Positions 59,601 to 64,000 of a stretch of 64,000 nucleotides of DNA are shown here, piece after piece. The notes beneath the pieces were generated by a model. The model was given only the letters and a program-made list of their open reading frames with translations, was not told the DNA's origin and did not search any database. The number at the start of each line of letters is the position of its first letter. Positions within the stretch are counted from its first letter, which is position 1. Origin of the DNA: Polyangiales bacterium (lineage in GTDB: Bacteria > Myxococcota_A > Polyangia > Polyangiales > Houyiibacteriaceae). The stretch spans positions 9,224-73,223 of the forward strand of contig JBGCFM010000081.1 of the NCBI GenBank assembly GCA_045106895.1, written 5' to 3'. The translations under genes were made by a program, and so were the position numbers.

Positions 59601-60008
59601 GCGTTCTTGCCGCTTCTGCACTTCTTCGCCGAGGCACTCGCGCCAGGCGTTCTCAACCAAATCGCGACGGCCCCTTCCCTTCGCCTAAGCGATATTCAGT
59701 CCGAAGGCAGCGCCCTCGACGCCACGATGCTGCTCATGCGGCGAGCCAACGAGGTCGACGAAGACGACTCGCTCTCCACGCTCTTGGCAAACCTCGTGAC
59801 CTTGCCCGAAGGCGAGAGTGAGACGCCCATCGAAGTGCTCATCGACGCGATGGCAGAGATCTACCGCGTCGACCCCGGCGCCGGTGGCCCCCTCTTCCGA
59901 GATGACTACAGCGCCATCCTCGACAACGCGACGGAGTTTCTCAGCGACGAAGACCACGGCCTTGAGCGCATCTACCGCGTCGTCCAAGAGCGGGAGATCC
60001 GGCCGTGA
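56601..60008 (+). CDS. very large hypothetical lipoprotein (1135 aa)
   Basis: Lipobox ALSC; DRDGNGLAD Ca-binding-like loop; several Cys pairs. Confidence 0.85.
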   Translation: MRAWSFAVVLLALSCAPEFDSTRAVPERGSLGEEVYRVFCQRLAATELPNDVSGVESEALCNGDTVDGPTPRMTAMAEQRGRIVRALDAAAPTSSHEGLDRFLKALVPFYDPPEEVLPSQTRAMAELLSSLADDPEAIDALERISHRRGYRPLARALGVARPALSYPRLRELTTTVLDATSPSGSAELEWRELLSASALTMGLAEPSTTEDGESTLELTQDLLLETDNRFGYGTTTFLTRRDRRGIAQPMPLGGVNVPAPFIDRDGNGLADVDPLGRFVGPDGSLLDLPTPFAVDFDDPSPRDGAGRAVRAGGDPYFRTTDMGDTFLAGLTRMSVPLLDGEEPALFDMLFAMRPLLGPPSAREEEVLPGFPVRFEGFDPAESPLLDVVHATTTNLRDPAIDDVLALILEMLESHESEVAGLAESGLVGRAAAQLYPDVALARDSDLFDDQLVVLGRIARTPGLMEAVLRALANPASKRLGHIFGEMMRYGDTPTIAEGGINDSLREIPWTGEIDASMPEGDDNRSLFQQSISIIHDLSGVRLCNKAGARLGITLGGRYIRLPLTYDECELLEIEDVGVTFQQAIIGRARIEIKSAFLNGVLELGGSVGFGAGDVLQRESGIDGLTTEPTPQALSRLVFAPRNDFMSDLVGAPLTRDGVPIEDRHDPIVLAWEREFRFCGDALVAPLTPCADAENTSFYEAMGPLLRAFDDFDPRETSDIFSDLVTATHLHWASPSDPRSQSGDVNGPFFSHQDDARRYEPIVSALVSECLPQDTRCVPTEAGQLISRLHAFLRAADDIEVRPGVDGIAALARAGESLFDSERNPGLVGRDGRGTSNRSSGTGVLPVTPMLLMTDAMRNTEDVWAESPASRDAWRSARSHMADTFLSTTGSGAARRFIDSRFVAVTQTLIRFIRERIEFHRGAGDLDSWSRELFDDIEDAIDSPLGAASLRFLQAVQDDAATTEELSRFLEYMVREDSFGDAWRDVLLAVGDMLQVQGDEEAFLPLLHFFAEALAPGVLNQIATAPSLRLSDIQSEGSALDATMLLMRRANEVDEDDSLSTLLANLVTLPEGESETPIEVLIDAMAEIYRVDPGAGGPLFRDDYSAILDNATEFLSDEDHGLERIYRVVQEREIRP

Positions 60009-61714
60009 AGCGCCCGCGGCGGCGCCTCGAGAGGCGACTGACCATCGCGCTCGTGGTCTCAGCCATCGGTGCCACCTTCGCCCCTTCCAGCGCCAGCGCC
60101 GGCGGGCTCTTCCTGACGGACCGCGGCACCCGTCAGCTCGGCCGCGGCTTCGCCTGGGTGGCCGGCGCAGACGACCCGGGAGCCCTCTGGTACAACCCCG
60201 CGGGTCTCGCATGGAGCGGGCAGCAGTTCTTGCTCGAAGCCACGACGACTTTCCTCCGCGCAGACTTCACCCGCGTCGACTCCGGCGGCAACACCCTCGC
60301 CACCGTCGACGCGAATGCGCAGCCGCTCCCCATTCCGATGATGGGCTACTCGCATCCCTTCGGTGATTTCACCCTTGGAGTCGGGGCCTTCGCGCCCAAC
60401 GCGTCGCTTCTTCGCTGGCCGCGCGGCGTCACCAGCGACGGCGCTCGCTGCGACACCCCAGGCGCCGGCGACTGCGGCGCAGCACCACAGCGTTACTCGC
60501 TCTACAGTCTCGAAGGCAGCGCTTTCGTCAACGTCAGCGCGGCCCTCGCCTGGCGTCCTCACCCGAGCTTCGCCGTCGGACTCGGCGCACTGCTCATGGT
60601 TGGTAGTTTCACGGGCGAAACCGCCACGAGCGCCTGCGACGGGTTCGTTTGCACCCAACCGGAAAGCCCACGTGAAGACGGAAGCGCCCGTTTCGAGCTG
60701 CCCGTCATCCAACCCGGCGTGTCGCTTGGCGTCACTTACGCGTCGGACTTCGTCCGCGTCGGCGCCAGCGCCACTTGGTGGCCTGGCGCTCTGCGTGGCA
60801 CGGCGAAGCTCAACGTGCGCTTGCCCGGCTCGCCGCTCTACGACGACGCCCGCCTCGAAGGCGACGAAGCCTCGCTTCAGCTCGACCTCCCCGTCATGGT
60901 TCGCGCCGGCGTCGAGGTGCGACCGATTCGCACCCTTCGCATCGAGGCGGCCTTTGTCTACGAGTCCTGGTCCATGCAGGAACAGGCAACGATTCGACCG
61001 GACAATGTCTGGATCCGGGGCGCCACCGGAATCGGCGACTACCAGCTCGGCGACATCATCATTCCGCGGAACATGAAAGACGTCTTCAGCGTTCGCCTCG
61101 GCGGCAGCTTGGACATCCTCGATGATCGCGTGACCCTCTCCGCTGGCGTGAACTATGAGAACTCGTCCTTCGACGACTCCTACCTCCAGCCCTTGACCCT
61201 GGACAGCGACAAGCTCGTCGTGGGGCTCGGCGCAAGCATTCGAGTGCACCGAAACGTCTTCATTGACGTCTCCTACGGCCACATTTTCTTGCGCAACCGC
61301 GAGGTGACGAACAGCCGCGTTCCGCAGCCCAACCCAATTCGCCCGCCCCGGAGCACGGACGTTCCGCCCACCGCGGGCGGTCAAGTCTATGTCGGAAACG
61401 GAAGCTATCGCATGGAAGCGGACATGTTTGGCCTGGGCATTCGCTGGAGTCCTCAGCCGGACACGCCGCCGGCTTCGGATGAGCCGGACGTGACCGACGA
61501 TGCGACCGACGAAGACTCCGGCGCCCCCGAGCAGAGCGAGACCCTTGTGCTCGATGCACCCAGCTCGGAAGCCGAGCCAGCCCCGCTGGAAACGGAAACG
61601 ACGCAGGAGGGAGAGCCCGGCGACAGCGACGGGGACGGTGTCAACGACGCCCGCGACCAATGCGAGGACAGCCCAGCCGGCGCCGCCGTCGACTGGTTGG
61701 GGTGCCCGGTTTAG
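60005..61714 (+). CDS. FadL/OmpP1/TodX-family outer-membrane transporter with C-terminal TSP3-like tail
   Basis: Signal peptide, GRGFA...DDP.ALWYNPAGL, LP.MVRAG, W/YESWS, VRLGG; tail DSDGDGVNDARDQC. Confidence 0.85.
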   Translation: MKRPRRRLERRLTIALVVSAIGATFAPSSASAGGLFLTDRGTRQLGRGFAWVAGADDPGALWYNPAGLAWSGQQFLLEATTTFLRADFTRVDSGGNTLATVDANAQPLPIPMMGYSHPFGDFTLGVGAFAPNASLLRWPRGVTSDGARCDTPGAGDCGAAPQRYSLYSLEGSAFVNVSAALAWRPHPSFAVGLGALLMVGSFTGETATSACDGFVCTQPESPREDGSARFELPVIQPGVSLGVTYASDFVRVGASATWWPGALRGTAKLNVRLPGSPLYDDARLEGDEASLQLDLPVMVRAGVEVRPIRTLRIEAAFVYESWSMQEQATIRPDNVWIRGATGIGDYQLGDIIIPRNMKDVFSVRLGGSLDILDDRVTLSAGVNYENSSFDDSYLQPLTLDSDKLVVGLGASIRVHRNVFIDVSYGHIFLRNREVTNSRVPQPNPIRPPRSTDVPPTAGGQVYVGNGSYRMEADMFGLGIRWSPQPDTPPASDEPDVTDDATDEDSGAPEQSETLVLDAPSSEAEPAPLETETTQEGEPGDSDGDGVNDARDQCEDSPAGAAVDWLGCPV

Positions 61715-61773
61715 GCGTGCGCAACATCATGGCGAGTCTTTCAATGTTCACTACCCAGCCGTACTCTTCACCC

Positions 61774-63158
61774 ATGTGGTTTTCGCGTTCGCCCCTCGTC
61801 CTGCTCTGTCTCGCGCTCCTCGCGTGCTCAGGCGAGTCCCCGGAGACGGAAGCAAACCTGCGTATCGACCTGCGTACGGACCTTCTCCCCGGCACAGAAT
61901 TCGACGGGGTTAGCGCCTTTATCGGCTTCGGCGATGGAACCGAATCCATCAGCCATGTGGTAGCGATTATGTCCGCGGGGTCCGCCTTGGAGATCTCGAT
62001 GTCATCGTCGGCGAGGTGAGCCTGCGGGTGGTGGTTTACGCGGATGGCGAGCCCATCATCGAACGACCGGTCACAGTCAATGTTCAAAACGCCAGCGTCG
62101 TCACGGTCGTGATCACCCGCGACTGCCGTGGCGTGATGTGCCCAGCGCCGGCTGGCAATTCTCTCGCCGTCGCTTGCCTCGGCGGTCGCTGCGAAGACCC
62201 ACGCTGCACGCCCGCGACGCCCGAGTTCTGCATCAACGAAGGGTGCACAACGGACTCCGAGTGCGACGACGGGTGTCGAATTGGCGCCTGTGTCTCCGGC
62301 GCATGCATCGCGCGTCCCGACGACGCGTCCTGCGACGTGGGCGAGCGATGCGACGTTGATCTCGGATGCATGCCCGATGACCGTCCCGACGGTGGAATGA
62401 TGGACGCAAGCATCGACGCGAGCTCGGACGCCGGGCCCCGAGACGCGGGTTCGGATGCAGGCGCGCGTGACGCGGGTTCAGATGGCGGCCCAGTCCTCAC
62501 CGACGCAGGTCCGGACGGCGGCCCGATCATGACGGACGCGGGCTCCGACGCAGGACCCACCGACGGGGGCCCAGCGTTCGACGCCAACGTGATGTGCGGC
62601 ATGTTGCCCACCCCGAGCGGCCCATGTGACCCCTTTCTCCAGACAGGATGCTCCGATAGCCAGAAGTGCCAGGTGACCCGCACGGGCTACGAGACCATGT
62701 GCGTGAGGCGAGGCACCGCCCTTCTCAACGGTTCCTGCGCGGCCGGCGACTGCGCCGAAGGCCTGCTCTGCCTGCGTTTTGGGTCCGGCACCGGCATCGC
62801 CCATTGCCGCGCACTGTGCTCATCGGACTGCGGGTGCGCGGACCCAATGGCCCAATGCAACACCAACCCCGATAGTTATGGGTACTGCGCAGACGCCGAG
62901 TGCGACCCGGTGACCAACGGCGGCTGTCCCATGGACCAGTTCTGCGTCATCTCGGGCGGTCGTACGCTTTGCGCCGACGCTGTGGGCACTCTCGAACTCG
63001 GCGACCCCTGCCCGATGAATGGCTGTCGCCCTGGATTGCTCTGCCTGAGCGTCAGCGGTGCTCCGGCCGCTTGTTTCGAGGCCTGCCGCGTCTCCGAAGC
63101 AACCTGTGCCTGCGACTCCATCACCGGAGACGGCGTATTTGGGTACTGCGTGATGTAG
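61774..63158 (+). pseudogene. Cys-rich lipoprotein with DAG repeats, interrupted by a frameshift near 61960 (or sequencing error)
   Basis: Lipobox LLAC in ORF 61774..62019. The frame of 62016..63158 is open from 61914 and reads SDYVRGVRLGDLDVIVGEVSLRV, a natural continuation. Confidence 0.6.
62400..62585 (+). repeat. tandem DAG-type low-complexity linker repeats
   Basis: Repeated GACGC(G/A/C)GG units encoding DAGPRDAGSDAGARDAGSDGG... Confidence 0.7.
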
Positions 63159-63210
63159 CCGTTTCCGTCTGCCTCCTTGCTCCCACGGGCGGATCGAACT
63201 AGCTCAGACC

Positions 63211-64000
63211 GTGGCCAAGAAGAACAAGCCGAAACTCCCCGAAAAACGCGACATGAGCGAGGCGCTCTCCAAGATGGAGCAGCCAAAGCTCCGCTGGAAG
63301 ACAATTGCCCAGATCGGCCTCGCTTTTGGCGTGGTCTGGCTCATCGCCGGCATGCTGACGCCCTACATAGGCATCTGGGGCCTCGTGGCGGCGGGTATCC
63401 TCACCGCCATCGCCCTTGGCTTTGGGTTCTACATCTGGCGCCTGACCCGAAAGTCGTCGGCGATTATGGACATCTTGAAGGGCGCGACGGACGACGAAGG
63501 CCGCAAGCGAGCCATCCAGGCGCTCCAGGCAGGCGGCGGCGGCGACGCGATGTCGAAGATGGCCGAAGCGCAGCTCGTGGCCCAAGAAGACCCCAAGGAG
63601 GCCATGGTCATCCTCGAGGGCATCGACATCGACAAGGCGCCGAAGCTCGTCCAGAACGATGTGCGAGCTCAACTCGGGCTCATGTACTTGATCCACAACC
63701 GCGTGAGCGATGCCGCCCCCCTCGCCGACAAGATCACCATCGGCGCACAGCCTCAGCCCAAACAAAAGGCGATGTACGCCGCCGTCGTTAGCGAAGCGTG
63801 GGCGCGAAGCGGTAAGCACGAAGCTGCCGCGGAACTGCTTGAGGACTACGATGCTGAAGACCCAGCGTACGAGGAAATGAAGGCACTCCTCTACCGAGCT
63901 CAGGTCTTCGTTTGGCTCAAGAAGAAGAAGCGTGGGCGCCCGCGCACCTCGATGATGCGTTTGGCAAAAATGGACGCCAACCAGCTCGGGGCGTTCCTGC
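63211..64000 (+). CDS. 3'-truncated membrane protein with TPR-like helices
   Basis: Open frame from GTG 63211 (or ATG 63253): MAKKNKPK...IGLAFGVVWLIAG...; two TMs then helical repeats; runs off the window. Confidence 0.75.
   Translation, partial: MAKKNKPKLPEKRDMSEALSKMEQPKLRWKTIAQIGLAFGVVWLIAGMLTPYIGIWGLVAAGILTAIALGFGFYIWRLTRKSSAIMDILKGATDDEGRKRAIQALQAGGGGDAMSKMAEAQLVAQEDPKEAMVILEGIDIDKAPKLVQNDVRAQLGLMYLIHNRVSDAAPLADKITIGAQPQPKQKAMYAAVVSEAWARSGKHEAAAELLEDYDAEDPAYEEMKALLYRAQVFVWLKKKKRGRPRTSMMRLAKMDANQLGAFL

Noticed and set aside
62400..62585. Repeats as CRISPR array
   Set aside because: Short, degenerate, in-frame coding repeats with no unique spacers and no cas genes.

Overview
High-GC bacterial chromosomal window. 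A MYXO-CTERM protein, DAG-repeat/Cys-rich lipoproteins and a kinase-ATPase-TPR fusion point to a myxobacterium (inference: Polyangiales/Sandaracinaceae-like). Housekeeping genes include gap-pgk-tpiA-secG, hisC-[lipoprotein]-aroA-cmk-rpsA, rpoZ, groES-groEL and prmC. These are interleaved with signalling genes (Ser/Thr kinase-AAA-TPR, PP2C, FHA-GAF-adenylate cyclase, LMW-PTP), a DUF4175/peptidase/MoxR/DUF58/vWA operon and many secreted or lipoprotein unknowns. I recognised no rRNA, tRNA, CRISPR array, transposase or integrase. The most interesting signal is a second CIRCE (HrcA) operator overlapping a promoter for an uncharacterised two-gene module beside groESL; one of its proteins has a degenerate zincin-like motif. 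Other candidates: a perfect palindrome over the gap promoter, a sigma54-type promoter before a 64-aa protein, a possibly split and order-reversed HTTM-like protein, a matrixin with a separately encoded partner, a giant lipoprotein paired with a FadL-type barrel, and a frameshifted Cys-rich lipoprotein. All family calls come from motif recognition by eye; no database searches were run.
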